DNA of 35,539 nt. Origin: Kiritimatiellia bacterium (GTDB taxonomy: Bacteria > Verrucomicrobiota > Kiritimatiellia > CAIVKH01). The notes below the pieces were generated by a model. It was given only the letters and a program-made list of their open reading frames with translations, was not told where the DNA came from and ran no database searches. Position 1 is the stretch's first letter; every line of letters starts with the position of its first letter. This document shows, one piece after another, positions 1 through 10,023 of this stretch. The position numbers and the translations under genes were made by a program. The stretch is taken from the NCBI GenBank assembly GCA_049451655.1, contig JBMTVS010000001.1, positions 1-35,539 of the forward strand, written 5' to 3'.

Positions 1-1427
1 ATTATGCCGGGGGCGCGACCCTAATCGAGAGCTTGTACCAGTCCATCCGGTCGCCGCTGCAGATTTTGCTGGTCGGCGATGCGCTTTGCGCGCCATGGGC
101 GCGGCCGCCGGCGATTACGCTGGTGAGCATGGAGGATGATGACCGGTTAAGTGGCACGGCGGAATTTGTCACCTCGGCTTGGGGCAACCTCAATCTGCGC
201 TCCATGATGATCATGTATATACTAGACGGAAAACCTATTCTGCTCCCGGGACAGCGCGGCGGGGTATTGAAACTCGACACCAAACCCGTCACTGATGGTT
301 ACCATTCATTACGGGCCATCGCCTACGACGTCGGCAATCCGGTTCGTCATCAAGGCGTGAGCGATATTGATTTTATGCTCTGCAATCGCGATCGCTTCGT
401 GGCGTTGAACGGTCCCGAACAAAATAGCCGGGTCGATGCGAAACGCCCGTTCACCTTGACCATGACCGCCACCGGCACGCCCGAGCGCGCGGCGATTGTG
501 GTGCAGGAGCGGTTACTGATGACCGCTGCGTTTAGCAACGGCATGACCTTCGTCATCAACCCGCAAACCATCGGCCCCGGGCCGGTTGATGTGCAAGCTA
601 TCGCGGTTTATCCGGATCGCGAGGCGGTGCGCAGCAAGCCATTGCGCCTCAACCTCGGTGTCGTCAATGAGCCGCCGCGCATCATCGATATCAAGGCGCG
701 CGAGCCCGACGCCAACGGGATGATCCTGTTGCGGAGCTTGGTAGAAGATCCGGACGGTGATGAAGTCAGCCAGACCTGGCATTACGCGCCGGTCATTGAT
801 GAGGAAGTTGCGGTCGCCGGGTCGCCCGATAAGGCGAAGCAATTCGCGCCGGACGAGGACACGCTGCGCATGGCGGCGGCGGTGCAATCAGTCAGCGCGA
901 CCTTTGCGCTCGAACAGCCTAACCGGTTGCGCGCGATCGATGTGACCTGCCGCTGGGAGGAGAGCGGTCTGCCGTTTGACCGGCATCAGGGCGGCATCGT
1001 GTTCAACGCGATGGACGAGAACAACTATCTCTATTGGGGACTCGATGGCCGACTCAGCGCCTGGGCCTTGAAGCGGGTGGTGGATGGTCGCGAAGAAAAT
1101 GTGCTGACCCGCGGCGCCCCGGTGCGCATGGAGGAAACCTATCGTTTGCGCATCGCTTTTAAAGGCGGCAAGACCATGCAGTTTATCGTCAACGATCGCG
1201 TCGAGGCGGAGGCGGACATCGACTTCGGCCCCGGCCGCGTGGGCGTGCGCGCAGGCACGTCGCCGGTTAATTTCAGCGACCTGTACGTTTCGCCACCATC
1301 CGCTGCGAAATCCTTTTTTAACGAGGAAGGCGACGTTATCTTTTTTCCCGCCGCCGAGGAAAGTACCGCGAAAAAACTACACGTCATCGCAAGGGATTTG
1401 CATAGCAGCACATCAAAAGCCTACTGA
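1..1427 (+). CDS. 5'-truncated large exported protein with C-terminal concanavalin A-like (LamG/DUF1080-type) lectin-fold domain; function unknown
   Basis: Frame 3 is open from the window edge through the TTG at 33 (no stop in 3..32), so the CDS very likely begins upstream of the window. The last ~170 aa (GGIVFNAMDENNYLYWGLDG...YRLRIAFKGGKTMQFIVNDRVEAE...GRVGVRAGTSPVNFSDLYV) show the strand pattern of LamG-type jelly rolls. The preceding part looks like beta-sandwich repeats. Family not recognised. Confidence 0.55.
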   Translation, partial: YAGGATLIESLYQSIRSPLQILLVGDALCAPWARPPAITLVSMEDDDRLSGTAEFVTSAWGNLNLRSMMIMYILDGKPILLPGQRGGVLKLDTKPVTDGYHSLRAIAYDVGNPVRHQGVSDIDFMLCNRDRFVALNGPEQNSRVDAKRPFTLTMTATGTPERAAIVVQERLLMTAAFSNGMTFVINPQTIGPGPVDVQAIAVYPDREAVRSKPLRLNLGVVNEPPRIIDIKAREPDANGMILLRSLVEDPDGDEVSQTWHYAPVIDEEVAVAGSPDKAKQFAPDEDTLRMAAAVQSVSATFALEQPNRLRAIDVTCRWEESGLPFDRHQGGIVFNAMDENNYLYWGLDGRLSAWALKRVVDGREENVLTRGAPVRMEETYRLRIAFKGGKTMQFIVNDRVEAEADIDFGPGRVGVRAGTSPVNFSDLYVSPPSAAKSFFNEEGDVIFFPAAEESTAKKLHVIARDLHSSTSKAY

Positions 1428-1444
1428 AGGCTGCACGACGGGGT

Positions 1445-2719
1445 TTAAGAGCGTGAACCCTGACGAGCGGCCGCCTCATACACAGCGCGCGGGTTAACGC
1501 CAGCTTTAGCGGCCAAGCGGCGACAGTCATCCATTTCCGGCGCGCGGGTAATGTCTTCACCTTGCCAGGAACCAATTTTTACGCGGACTTCACCAAAGGG
1601 CGTGGTCACAGTTTCAAAGCGCCGCTGTAATTTTGTTCGCCTGACTGGAGTCTCGCGTACCCCGAAGGTCGTGCTGCCGCGAAAGATAATATCCAGCATG
1701 CGTTCCCGGTCACCGGGATGGCACAGCACGGAAAACACCATGCCCGAGCGTTGCTTTTTCATGGTGACCGGCGCGCAGGTGACATCGAGGGCGCCCGCCG
1801 CCAACACATCATCCATGAGCGCGCCAACCAACTCCGGCGTGGTGTCATCCAGGTTGCAGGCCAGTAACAGGGCTGTATCGGATGTTTCGCCCGCATGGTC
1901 CTCAACGTCATAAAGCGATGCTCGCAGCAGGTTGGGCCGGTGGTGAAGTTTACGTTGGCCCATGCTGTAAGCGATTTTCTTAACGACCGAACCGGCAGGG
2001 GGAGCCTCTGCATTACGCCATGTTGCAATCAGCGCAGCGCCCGTGGGCGTGACCAGTTCGAAAGGTTCATCGGTTTGCGTTACGGGAAGTCCGGCGGTAA
2101 GGGCGAGGGTGGCAGGGGCAGGATTGGGATAAACACCATGGGCGCAACGAATGGTTCCTTGTCCTTGAGGAATGGGCGAAACGGAGATCGAATCAACACC
2201 CAGCGCATGAAGCGCCCAACAACTTCCGACAATGTCCAGAATCGAATCGTCTGCGCCCACCTCGTGAAAATGAATATCATCCACCGGCACGCCGTGAATC
2301 GACGCCTCGGCTTCACCCAGTCGCTGAAAAACCGCGAGGCTGGCGCTTTTGACCGGACCGGGCAAATCCGCACGCGCAATCAGTTCCTTGATGCTGGATA
2401 ATGACCTGTGATCATGGTGGTGATGATGGTCGTGATGTCCATCCTCTGCTGACTCATGATGATGGTGTGCGTGATCATGAGTATGATCATGTGGATGGGC
2501 AGGCTGGGCGGCTTGCTCCTGCCCTTCTATCTCAACCCGCATGCGAACGCCGGTAATCCCCATGCTTTCTGCATGTGTAAGCTCAAGCTTGAAGGGCGCG
2601 GTACCGAGTTTTTTGAGCGCGTTAGTCAACTCGTCAAGCGGTGCCCCCAACTCCACCAGCGCACCCAGCATCATGTCGCCGCTGGCTCCGCCCACGCATT
2701 CGATGCGCAGGTGTTTCAT
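1445..2719 (-). CDS. larC: Nickel-pincer cofactor biosynthesis protein LarC (DUF111/UPF0272 nickel insertion protein)
   Basis: N-terminus MKHLRIECVGGASGDMMLGALVELGAP is the LarC/DUF111 signature. An internal His-rich tract (HPHDHTHDHAHHHHESAEDGHHDHHHHHDH) fits nickel handling. Single uninterrupted 424-aa ORF. 4-nt start/stop overlap with larB (2716-2719). Confidence 0.85.
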   Translation of the reverse strand: MKHLRIECVGGASGDMMLGALVELGAPLDELTNALKKLGTAPFKLELTHAESMGITGVRMRVEIEGQEQAAQPAHPHDHTHDHAHHHHESAEDGHHDHHHHHDHRSLSSIKELIARADLPGPVKSASLAVFQRLGEAEASIHGVPVDDIHFHEVGADDSILDIVGSCWALHALGVDSISVSPIPQGQGTIRCAHGVYPNPAPATLALTAGLPVTQTDEPFELVTPTGAALIATWRNAEAPPAGSVVKKIAYSMGQRKLHHRPNLLRASLYDVEDHAGETSDTALLLACNLDDTTPELVGALMDDVLAAGALDVTCAPVTMKKQRSGMVFSVLCHPGDRERMLDIIFRGSTTFGVRETPVRRTKLQRRFETVTTPFGEVRVKIGSWQGEDITRAPEMDDCRRLAAKAGVNPRAVYEAAARQGSRS

Positions 2720-3474
2720 GTTCCTCGCACTTCCTCGGCGGCACGGTTGATAATCGCGGCGGCAATTCCAGCGCCAAAACCATTATCAATATTCACCACC
2801 GAAATGCCGGCGGCACAGGAATTGAGCATGGCCATCAGGGGGGCAATGCCGCCCAGGTTGATGCCGTAACCGACGCTGGTCGGCACCGCAATAAGGGGAC
2901 GATCAAGCATTCCGCCCAGCACCGAGGGCAGGGCTCCTTCCATCCCGGCCACACAAATGACCGCGCGGCAGGTTCGCAGCATCTCGATGTGGGGCATCAA
3001 CCGGTGCAGGCCGGCCACCCCGCAATCGCTCACCCGCGACACATGCGCACCCGCCCACTCGGCGGTAAGCGCGGCTTCATCCGCTACCGGAAGGTCTGCA
3101 GTTCCCGCGCTCACCACCGCGACATGACCGATGCGCTGGTCGGCTGGTTTCATGGCGGCCGTAATGCAACGGGCACGATGATGATACACCGCATCCGGAT
3201 GCGCGGCCTTGACCACCTCATACACATGCGGCTCGGCCCGCGTGGCCAACACCGGTTCACCGGTCTCTTTTAGCACGCCAAATATATGCGCGACCTGCTC
3301 CGGGGTTTTGCTTGGACAATAAATGACTTCCGGAAAAGCACGACGCCGCGATCGATCGGTATCAATGCGCGCGAAACCAAGATCGCGAAACGCATCTTTT
3401 TTCATGTGGGCGGCCGCATCAGCGGGCGTCAGTTCACCCTTAGCCACTTGTTCGAGTATTTCTTCCAGCTTCAT
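2716..3474 (-). CDS. larB: Pyridinium-3,5-biscarboxylic acid mononucleotide synthase LarB (PurE-like)
   Basis: Motifs RRAFPEVIYCPSKT, VVSAGTADLPVADEA, CGVAGLHRL, AGMEGALPSV, PTSVGYG and NSCAAGISVVNIDNGFGAG match the LarB/NCAIR-mutase-like family. Adjacent to and overlapping larC. Confidence 0.85.
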   Translation of the reverse strand: MKLEEILEQVAKGELTPADAAAHMKKDAFRDLGFARIDTDRSRRRAFPEVIYCPSKTPEQVAHIFGVLKETGEPVLATRAEPHVYEVVKAAHPDAVYHHRARCITAAMKPADQRIGHVAVVSAGTADLPVADEAALTAEWAGAHVSRVSDCGVAGLHRLMPHIEMLRTCRAVICVAGMEGALPSVLGGMLDRPLIAVPTSVGYGINLGGIAPLMAMLNSCAAGISVVNIDNGFGAGIAAAIINRAAEEVRGT

Positions 3475-4556
3475 GGGGCGGCGGTCCGGGAAGGTACATC
3501 TGGAAAACGTTCGGCCAGAAGTTGCCGGAACTCCGGGTGCGAGCGTATGGGATCGAGATCAGGATCGGATAAATAGGCCTGCAACTGGGAGAGGGTTGCA
3601 TGACCAGCGCCGCGACGCAGCCAGTCGAGCGCCGTGGCGTCCTCGCCATCCATCACGTAGGTGATGGCGATATTAAAATAGGCAGTCGCCCGCGTGGGAT
3701 CCTCGGCGATAAGGTTGTTGAGGTGGCGCCGCCCGCCTTCCAAATCCCCCATCCGGATCAAGGATACCGCCAGGTTATTTATAACGGCAGGATTGCCCGG
3801 CATTTGTCGTAACCCCAATTCGAAATTTTCTGCAGCGAGATCGAAACGATTCATCCGCAGGTTCACGAAACCAAGGTTCATGTGGGCGACTGAATAGTCG
3901 GGACGAATTTGCAGGGCGGTAATGAGCAATTCTTCCGCCTTACCCATCATGCCTTTTTGCATATAGTTAATGGATAGATTATTCAGCGTCTCGGCGCTGA
4001 ACGGTTCGCGCTCGAGCGATTTCTCGAGCAGGGTGATGGCTTCGTCGAATTGCCCGCGTTGGGTATAAATAGAGCCAAGCAGGCGTATTGCGATGTTCAT
4101 ATCGGGCCAAACGACCAATGCTTTTCCCACTTCACGCTCGGCGGCCTCCATATCGCGATCACGGACATATTGCTGCGCCGAACGCACATGCCCCATCGCT
4201 TCGGCCATTTTCTGCGGCGAGAGGTTGGTGATTTGAGGTTGATCGCGACCACCCAGATCGGTGAATAACGACTCGATGGCAGCATATTCAGGCGGGGTGG
4301 CATTGGTTGCGGCTGCGTTGGTTGAGGTCGCATCGGCATCGCGCAAAAACAAGCCGCCTTCCGTGGAAAACTCCGGTTCTTCCTGTTGATAAAAGATCAG
4401 GGCGACCGCACCCATCAGCAATACCATGCCAATAAGAATGGCGATGGCTTTGCGATGCGGCGGACCTTCCGGTTTGCGGACCGGGGCATCCTGATCTGCA
4501 TAAACCGGCTCGGCGGTTTTTTTATCGACCTTGTAAATATCTCTATCGTCTGCCAT
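3471..4556 (-). CDS. Membrane-anchored tetratricopeptide (TPR) repeat protein
   Basis: N-terminal cytoplasmic segment, then one hydrophobic helix (AIAILIGMVLLMGAVALIFY), then several 34-aa TPR-like units (e.g. AIRLLGSIYTQRGQFDEAITLLEKSLEREP, TLNNLSINYMQKGMMGKAEELLITALQIRPD). Stop overlaps the larB start by 4 nt. Confidence 0.7.
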   Translation of the reverse strand: MADDRDIYKVDKKTAEPVYADQDAPVRKPEGPPHRKAIAILIGMVLLMGAVALIFYQQEEPEFSTEGGLFLRDADATSTNAAATNATPPEYAAIESLFTDLGGRDQPQITNLSPQKMAEAMGHVRSAQQYVRDRDMEAAEREVGKALVVWPDMNIAIRLLGSIYTQRGQFDEAITLLEKSLEREPFSAETLNNLSINYMQKGMMGKAEELLITALQIRPDYSVAHMNLGFVNLRMNRFDLAAENFELGLRQMPGNPAVINNLAVSLIRMGDLEGGRRHLNNLIAEDPTRATAYFNIAITYVMDGEDATALDWLRRGAGHATLSQLQAYLSDPDLDPIRSHPEFRQLLAERFPDVPSRTAAP

Positions 4557-4563
4557 GGGGCGG

Positions 4564-4572
4564 AATATAGCA
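4564..4572 (-). promoter_or_regulatory. Extended -10-like element TGCTATATT 7 nt upstream of the TPR gene ATG
   Basis: Minus strand reads aatgTGCTATATTccgccccATG (ATG at 4556-4554). Same TGCTATAnTCC core as upstream of ftsK and larE. Confidence 0.4.
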
Positions 4573-4626
4573 CATTCTAGATGCGTTAGGGACAGACAAA
4601 TTCAATTCCGGCGAACAGGAATACGC

Positions 4627-5430
4627 TTACGATTCGGCGAGATAACGGACTGCATTGCTGAAAATTTTCAGTCCGTCACCATGCTCGGGTGGCAAGGAGC
4701 CACGCGGATGAAATGACCACTGCGGATGCTGCTCGGGAAATAAAAAGGCCTCGGGGTGCGGCATTAACCCGAATACTCGTCCGGTCGGATCGCACAAACC
4801 GGCGATCGCATTGACGGAACCATTCGGATTGTGAGGAAAATCCTGCGCCGGATCACCTGAGGCCGGGTCCGCATACCGGCAGGGGACGCAACCGGCGGCC
4901 TCGATTTGATCCAAGGTTGCCCGGTCGATGACATGTACCTTGCCCTCGCCATGGCGGATAGGTAAATCCATAGGTCCGAGACCGCGGGTAAATATGCAGG
5001 GGGAATCCGGTTCGAAACTGAGTCGTGTCCAGAAATTCTGAAATGACCCGCAATCATTTTGAACCAGAGACACCGCAGGTTTGAAATAATCGCCCCCCAG
5101 GCCAGGCACCAGTCCGAGCTTGGTCATGATTTGGAAACCATTGCAGACACCCAGGATGATTCCGCCTTCCGCAATAAAGGTTTGCAGTTCTCCCTGAAGA
5201 TGGTGTCGCAGGCGGTGGGCGAAAACATGGCCGGACGTCATGTGGTCGCCAAACGAGAACCCGCCGATAAACATCAAGCCGGCGAATTTGTGTAGCTGGT
5301 CCGGCTGCTCGATGAGGTCGTTAACATGCATCAACTCGGGCACGGCGCCGGCTTGCTCCCAGGCGAATTTGGACTCGGCCTCGCAATTCAGGCCATAGCC
5401 CGTGATGATCAAGATGGGTGGACGGCTCAT
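4627..5430 (-). CDS. purQ: Phosphoribosylformylglycinamidine synthase, glutamine amidotransferase subunit PurQ
   Basis: Class-I amidotransferase motifs: nucleophile elbow GVCNGFQ and C-terminal MPHPE. N-terminus ILIITGYGLNCE. Lies 3 nt downstream of purL on the same strand. Confidence 0.85.
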   Translation of the reverse strand: MSRPPILIITGYGLNCEAESKFAWEQAGAVPELMHVNDLIEQPDQLHKFAGLMFIGGFSFGDHMTSGHVFAHRLRHHLQGELQTFIAEGGIILGVCNGFQIMTKLGLVPGLGGDYFKPAVSLVQNDCGSFQNFWTRLSFEPDSPCIFTRGLGPMDLPIRHGEGKVHVIDRATLDQIEAAGCVPCRYADPASGDPAQDFPHNPNGSVNAIAGLCDPTGRVFGLMPHPEAFLFPEQHPQWSFHPRGSLPPEHGDGLKIFSNAVRYLAES

Positions 5431-5433
5431 CGC

Positions 5434-8409
5434 TTATATACCCCACAATGTTTTGCGATACGAGTTCCGCAAAGACTCGACCCCGGCTTGCGCCAGAACA
5501 TGCTGATCGCGGCCGCGAATAATCAGGGTGGAGGTTGCGGCAATCTCGCCGACGCGCAACAAGGGTTGACCCTGAAAATGAGCCTCCACGTGCGCAGTAT
5601 CCGCCGGGTCGCAGGAGATAATGAACCTGCTGTTTGATTCACCGAACAAAACGCCGTCATCGCTCAACCCCTTCTGATACAGCGGCGCGAGGTCGATTTC
5701 GGCGCCCGTATCGCCGCCCATGCAGCATAAGGCGAGTCCGACCGCCAGTCCGCCCAGGGTTGGCGTATGGCAGGAAGCAATCATCCCGTCTTCCATAGCG
5801 AGGTGCAACCGCTCATACAGGGCCATGGCTTTTTCTGCATCAACATGCGGAAGCTTTCCGCCGATGTGATCCGGTTTTTTTTGCTGGCGGGCGAGCCAAC
5901 GGTGAAATTCGGATGCACCAAGTTCCTCGAAGGTTTCGCCCAGCACGTAGATAATGTCACCGGCATGCTTGAAAGGCATGGTAACGGATTTGCGGACATC
6001 ATCGATAATGCCAATGGCAGAGAACAGCAAGGTGGGCGGAATGGAAATCTTGCGTCCACCGCGTTGGGTATCATTTTTCATGCTGTCCTTACCGGAGATC
6101 AGCGGGACCTTGAACGCGGTGCAAAAGTCGTAGAGCGCCTGATTCGAACGCACGAGTTGGGCCATCTTGTAATGGCCATCAGGCGTGGAGGCGGATTGTA
6201 CCGGATCAGGCCAGCAGAAGTTGTCCAGCCCGGCGATTGAATCAGGCTTTCCGCCTGCACTGACGATACGACGGATAGCTTCGTCCATTACGCTGGCGGT
6301 CATCCAGTAGGTATCGAGATCAGAGTAGAACGGGTTGATGCCCTCCGCCATGATCACGCCTTGTTGCGAGCCGTGCTCCACACGGCATACGGTGGCATCG
6401 GCGGGCACATCGGCGCGGCGGCCAACGAACGGCTTGACCACGCTCAACCCTTTCACCTCGCTGTCGTACATGCGTGCTTTGTATTCGCGCGAGCATACGT
6501 TCAGCCCCGCGAGCAGTTGAAGCAACTGCTTGGTACGATCAGCCATGCGGGACCGGCGCGGCGCGGGAACGTCGGGTTTTTGCCAGACCGCCTCGATGCG
6601 CATGCGTGGGCAACCATCATGCAGAAACGAGAGCGGTAGACGTCCCATTATGCGGCCGTCATACAGCACGGTGAGGTTCCCGTCATCGGTGAATTCGCCC
6701 AAATCGCTGATCTCGACATCGCGCCGTCGGGCCAGGTCACGCAGCTCGCTAAACTTGCCCGGCGGCACCGCCAGCGACATGCGTTCCTGGGCTTCGGAAA
6801 GAAAAATCTCCCACGGTTGCAGACCCGCGTATTTCAGGGGCGCCCTGAGTAATTCGAGCTCGACGCCGCCGCTCATTTGGCACATCTCGCCGATCGAGCT
6901 GCTGAGTCCGCCGGCGCCATTGTCAGTGATCGCGCGATAAAGACCAAGGTCACGCGCCTCCATGAGAAACTCGTACATCTTGCGCTGCGTGATGGGATCG
7001 CCAATCTGCACCGCCTGCGCGGGCGATTCGCCATGCAACGCTTCGGAGGAAAACGTGGCGCCATGAATGCCATCCTTGCCAATGCGCCCGCCCACCATGA
7101 CCACGCGGTCGCCCGGGCGGATGGATTTTTCCTCGGCTGGCTTTCCGTTAATGGTTACCGGCAAGCGGCCAAGCGTGCCACAAAACACTAGCGGCTTGCC
7201 GATGAAGCGTTCGTCGAAACGCTCAAAGCCGCGCGTCCAGGGAATCCCACTCTGGTTGCCACCGTCGATGACACCATGATGCACGCCATCGCGAATCCGC
7301 CGCGGATGCATCAGTCCCTCCGGAAGATCACCATCAAAGAAGGGCGAGCCGAGGCAGTATCCCCATGTATTAAATAGCAGTTCACTACCGATTCCGGTGC
7401 CCATGGGGTCGCGGTTCACACCCACGATGCCGGTGATGGAGCCGCCATAGGGATCCAATGCAGATGGACTGTTGTGCGTTTCAACTTTGTAAACCAGGTG
7501 AAAGCGCTCGTTAAACCGGATCACGCCCGCGTTGTCGGAAAAAACCGAGACCAGCCAGTCGCGCGACTTGGCCACCTCGGCGGTGGCGGCCTTGATGAAG
7601 GTTTTATACAGCGACTGGTATTCATGTGTTTTGCCCTTTTCGTCCCGGTAAATGACGTCCGCGGCAAAGATCTTGTGCTTGCAATGCTCCGACCAGGTCT
7701 GGGCGATGCACTCGAGTTCCAAGTCGGTAGGTTGCGGTGGCAAACCGGTGCGCTCACGTTTGCGCCTGGTTTCGGGGTCCGCATAATACGCCCGTATCGC
7801 CTGCATCTCCTCTAGCGACAAGGAGAGTGTTCCCTCGCGACTGATGCGCATCAACTCCTCGTCGGAGCCGGACAAATCGATGGTCCGGGCTTCGATCCGG
7901 ACTTTTGCAGGCACTTCCGGCGGGGCAACCTCAAGCGACTCAACCGCCCACTGCTCCGGCGTGTAGATCTTCGCATCCTGAATCAGCCGGTTCGCCAACA
8001 GGTCCCACGCGATGTGTTCCACCTGTTGCCGCTCCAGACCGGAAGCCTTCAGAAAATATTGAACGCCGGAACGAACCGGAACAAACCGGCCGGTTAAATC
8101 CGCCACCAGCGAGGAGGCGGTACGACCGACGTTATCGGTAACACCGGGCTTGAAACTCACCTCGATGAGCCAGTCGAAGGGTGGCGGTGGAAGGCGCCCG
8201 GTGGCGGAACGGCAGGCCACCGGATCGGTAAAGGCCCGCATGATGGCCCGTTGTCTGGTCGCGGGAAAATCGGCGTCCACGATGTAGACATCCCGCGTCG
8301 AACAACCGCGCATTTTGATACCCAAAAAGTCGCGGGAACGCTGTGTGACGCCAAGACCTCGTGGGTCGCGCAGGCCTTTTTTCAGGCCAATTTCGATGCG
8401 GAATGACAT
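5434..8409 (-). CDS. purL: Phosphoribosylformylglycinamidine synthase subunit PurL with fused N-terminal PurS-like region (PurSL)
   Basis: PurL motifs WSEHCKHKIF, VETHNSPSALDPYGGSITG and duplicated AIR-synthase-like halves. The extra ~220 aa at the N-terminus (MSFRIEIGLKKGLRDPRG...) resemble tandem PurS modules. No separate purS ORF nearby. Confidence 0.85.
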   Translation of the reverse strand: MSFRIEIGLKKGLRDPRGLGVTQRSRDFLGIKMRGCSTRDVYIVDADFPATRQRAIMRAFTDPVACRSATGRLPPPPFDWLIEVSFKPGVTDNVGRTASSLVADLTGRFVPVRSGVQYFLKASGLERQQVEHIAWDLLANRLIQDAKIYTPEQWAVESLEVAPPEVPAKVRIEARTIDLSGSDEELMRISREGTLSLSLEEMQAIRAYYADPETRRKRERTGLPPQPTDLELECIAQTWSEHCKHKIFAADVIYRDEKGKTHEYQSLYKTFIKAATAEVAKSRDWLVSVFSDNAGVIRFNERFHLVYKVETHNSPSALDPYGGSITGIVGVNRDPMGTGIGSELLFNTWGYCLGSPFFDGDLPEGLMHPRRIRDGVHHGVIDGGNQSGIPWTRGFERFDERFIGKPLVFCGTLGRLPVTINGKPAEEKSIRPGDRVVMVGGRIGKDGIHGATFSSEALHGESPAQAVQIGDPITQRKMYEFLMEARDLGLYRAITDNGAGGLSSSIGEMCQMSGGVELELLRAPLKYAGLQPWEIFLSEAQERMSLAVPPGKFSELRDLARRRDVEISDLGEFTDDGNLTVLYDGRIMGRLPLSFLHDGCPRMRIEAVWQKPDVPAPRRSRMADRTKQLLQLLAGLNVCSREYKARMYDSEVKGLSVVKPFVGRRADVPADATVCRVEHGSQQGVIMAEGINPFYSDLDTYWMTASVMDEAIRRIVSAGGKPDSIAGLDNFCWPDPVQSASTPDGHYKMAQLVRSNQALYDFCTAFKVPLISGKDSMKNDTQRGGRKISIPPTLLFSAIGIIDDVRKSVTMPFKHAGDIIYVLGETFEELGASEFHRWLARQQKKPDHIGGKLPHVDAEKAMALYERLHLAMEDGMIASCHTPTLGGLAVGLALCCMGGDTGAEIDLAPLYQKGLSDDGVLFGESNSRFIISCDPADTAHVEAHFQGQPLLRVGEIAATSTLIIRGRDQHVLAQAGVESLRNSYRKTLWGI

Positions 8410-8421
8410 GATGAGCTACAA

Positions 8422-8450
8422 ACTATAGAGAGGAAGGGGTGGCAATTCAA
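8422..8450 (-). promoter_or_regulatory. Sigma70-type promoter candidate for purL (TTGAAT-N17-TATAGT)
   Basis: Minus strand reads TTGAATtgccaccccttcctctcTATAGTttgtagctcatcATG. The spacer is exactly 17 nt. The -10 ends 12 nt before the ATG, predicting a ~5-nt leader. Confidence 0.45.
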
Positions 8451-8564
8451 TCCGGGATTCATAGCGCGGCACACCACGCTTCGCGGTGGCGGCGCTTTAT
8501 GGGCTTCTTGCCCGGGCTAGTCCTCCCGTGCTAGCTTGCCCGGCAAACACAAAGGATGTGACAT

Positions 8565-9440
8565 ATGAAGGGTATCATTTTAGCGGGCGGATCGGGTACT
8601 CGGCTTTATCCGATTACGCGGGTGGTCAGCAAGCAGTTGCTGCCGGTTTACGACAAGCCGATGATTTATTATCCGCTTTCGGTGCTCATGCTGGCCGGCA
8701 TCCGGGAAATTTTGATTATCTCGACCCCGGAGGATTTGCCGCGTTTCGAGCAGTTGCTGGGCGATGGCTCACAGTTTGGCTTGGCGTTGTCCTATGCCGT
8801 ACAACCCCGGCCGGAAGGTCTGGCTCAGGCTTTCATTATCGGCGCCCCATTTATCGGTAACGATTCGGCCGCGCTAATCCTGGGCGACAACATCTTCTTC
8901 GGACACAACCTCTCGAACATTCTTAAGCAAGCTGGACAATTGGAACGTGGTGGTCTCATTTTCGGATATTTGGTGAAAGATCCGGAGCGATACGGCGTGG
9001 TTTCGTTCGACACCGAAGGCAAGGTGCTAGACATTGAGGAAAAACCGGCCAAACCGAAGTCACGTTACGCTGTTCCCGGTCTATATTTTTACGACAACGA
9101 CGTGGTGAAGATTGCCGCGGATTTGAAACCCTCACCGCGCGGCGAGCTCGAAATAACAGATCTGAACCGCGTTTATTTGGAGCGGGGTGATTTGCGCGTG
9201 GAATTGCTAGGTCGCGGATTCGCCTGGCTGGACACGGGCACCCACGAATCGCTTTTGCAGGCGTCGAACTACGTGCAGACCATCGAGGAGCGCCAGGGGT
9301 TAAAGATATCCTGTATCGAGGAGATTGCCTTTCGCAAGGGATGGATCAATGCCGAACAGGTGCGTGAATTAGCCCAACCACTGGCCAAAAATGATTACGG
9401 CAAGTATCTGCTGCAGATTGCCGATCATCCGGAGTTGTAA
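8565..9440 (+). CDS. rfbA: Glucose-1-phosphate thymidylyltransferase
   Basis: [39 protein letters not shown] is the canonical RmlA N-terminus. AAGGA Shine-Dalgarno upstream. Confidence 0.93.
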   Translation: MKGIILAGGSGTRLYPITRVVSKQLLPVYDKPMIYYPLSVLMLAGIREILIISTPEDLPRFEQLLGDGSQFGLALSYAVQPRPEGLAQAFIIGAPFIGNDSAALILGDNIFFGHNLSNILKQAGQLERGGLIFGYLVKDPERYGVVSFDTEGKVLDIEEKPAKPKSRYAVPGLYFYDNDVVKIAADLKPSPRGELEITDLNRVYLERGDLRVELLGRGFAWLDTGTHESLLQASNYVQTIEERQGLKISCIEEIAFRKGWINAEQVRELAQPLAKNDYGKYLLQIADHPEL

Positions 9441-9442
9441 CT

Positions 9443-10006
9443 ATGAGTACCCTGGAAACCGAGGCAGGAAAGCTGGGCGGCGTGGTGCTGGTAAAGCCCA
9501 AGTCATTTCCCGATCCACGCGGCTATTTCACCGAGAGCTATCACCTTGAAAAATATGCCGCGGCCGGTATCACCAAACCTTTCGTGCAGGACAACTACTC
9601 TTTCTCCAAGAAACACGTGCTGCGCGGTTTGCACAGTCAGATCAAACAGCCGCAGGGCAAGTTGGTTTACGTGCTTCAGGGCGAAATTTTTGACGTGGCG
9701 GTGGATATTCGCCGTGGATCGCCGACCTTTGGAAAGTGGGAGGGGCATCTTCTTTCCTCTGATAACTTCCACCAGTTGTTTATCCCGGAAGGCTTTGCTC
9801 ACGGATTTGTCGTGCTTAGCGAGACGGCGTTGGTCAGCTATAAATGCACGGATCTTTATGCGCCTGGTGACGAGCAGGGCATTGCCTGGAATGATCCGGG
9901 TATCGGTATCGAATGGCCGGTGAGCGATCCGGTGCTCGGCGAAAAAGACAAAGCTTTGCCTCGCTTAAGCGAACTCGGCGAAGACCGCCTGCCGTCGATG
10001 CGTTAA
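9443..10006 (+). CDS. rfbC: dTDP-4-dehydrorhamnose 3,5-epimerase
   Basis: RmlC motifs FPDPRGYFTESY, VLRGLHSQ, GEIFDVAVDIRRGSPTFGKW, PEGFAHGF. Starts 2 nt after rfbA. Confidence 0.92.
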   Translation: MSTLETEAGKLGGVVLVKPKSFPDPRGYFTESYHLEKYAAAGITKPFVQDNYSFSKKHVLRGLHSQIKQPQGKLVYVLQGEIFDVAVDIRRGSPTFGKWEGHLLSSDNFHQLFIPEGFAHGFVVLSETALVSYKCTDLYAPGDEQGIAWNDPGIGIEWPVSDPVLGEKDKALPRLSELGEDRLPSMR

Positions 10007-10023
10007 GGCATCATCCGCGGTTG

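Noticed and set aside
2401-2520. Repetitive CAT/GAT-rich DNA (gtgatgatggtcgtgatg...) that looks like a tandem repeat
   Set aside because: It is the coding sequence of the LarC His/Asp-rich metal-binding tract. It is irregular, in frame, and not a CRISPR or VNTR-like array.
8565-10006. Incomplete dTDP-L-rhamnose pathway (rfbA and rfbC only, no rfbB/rfbD)
   Set aside because: Split rml genes are common. The missing genes are most likely elsewhere in the genome, so this is not evidence of anything unusual.
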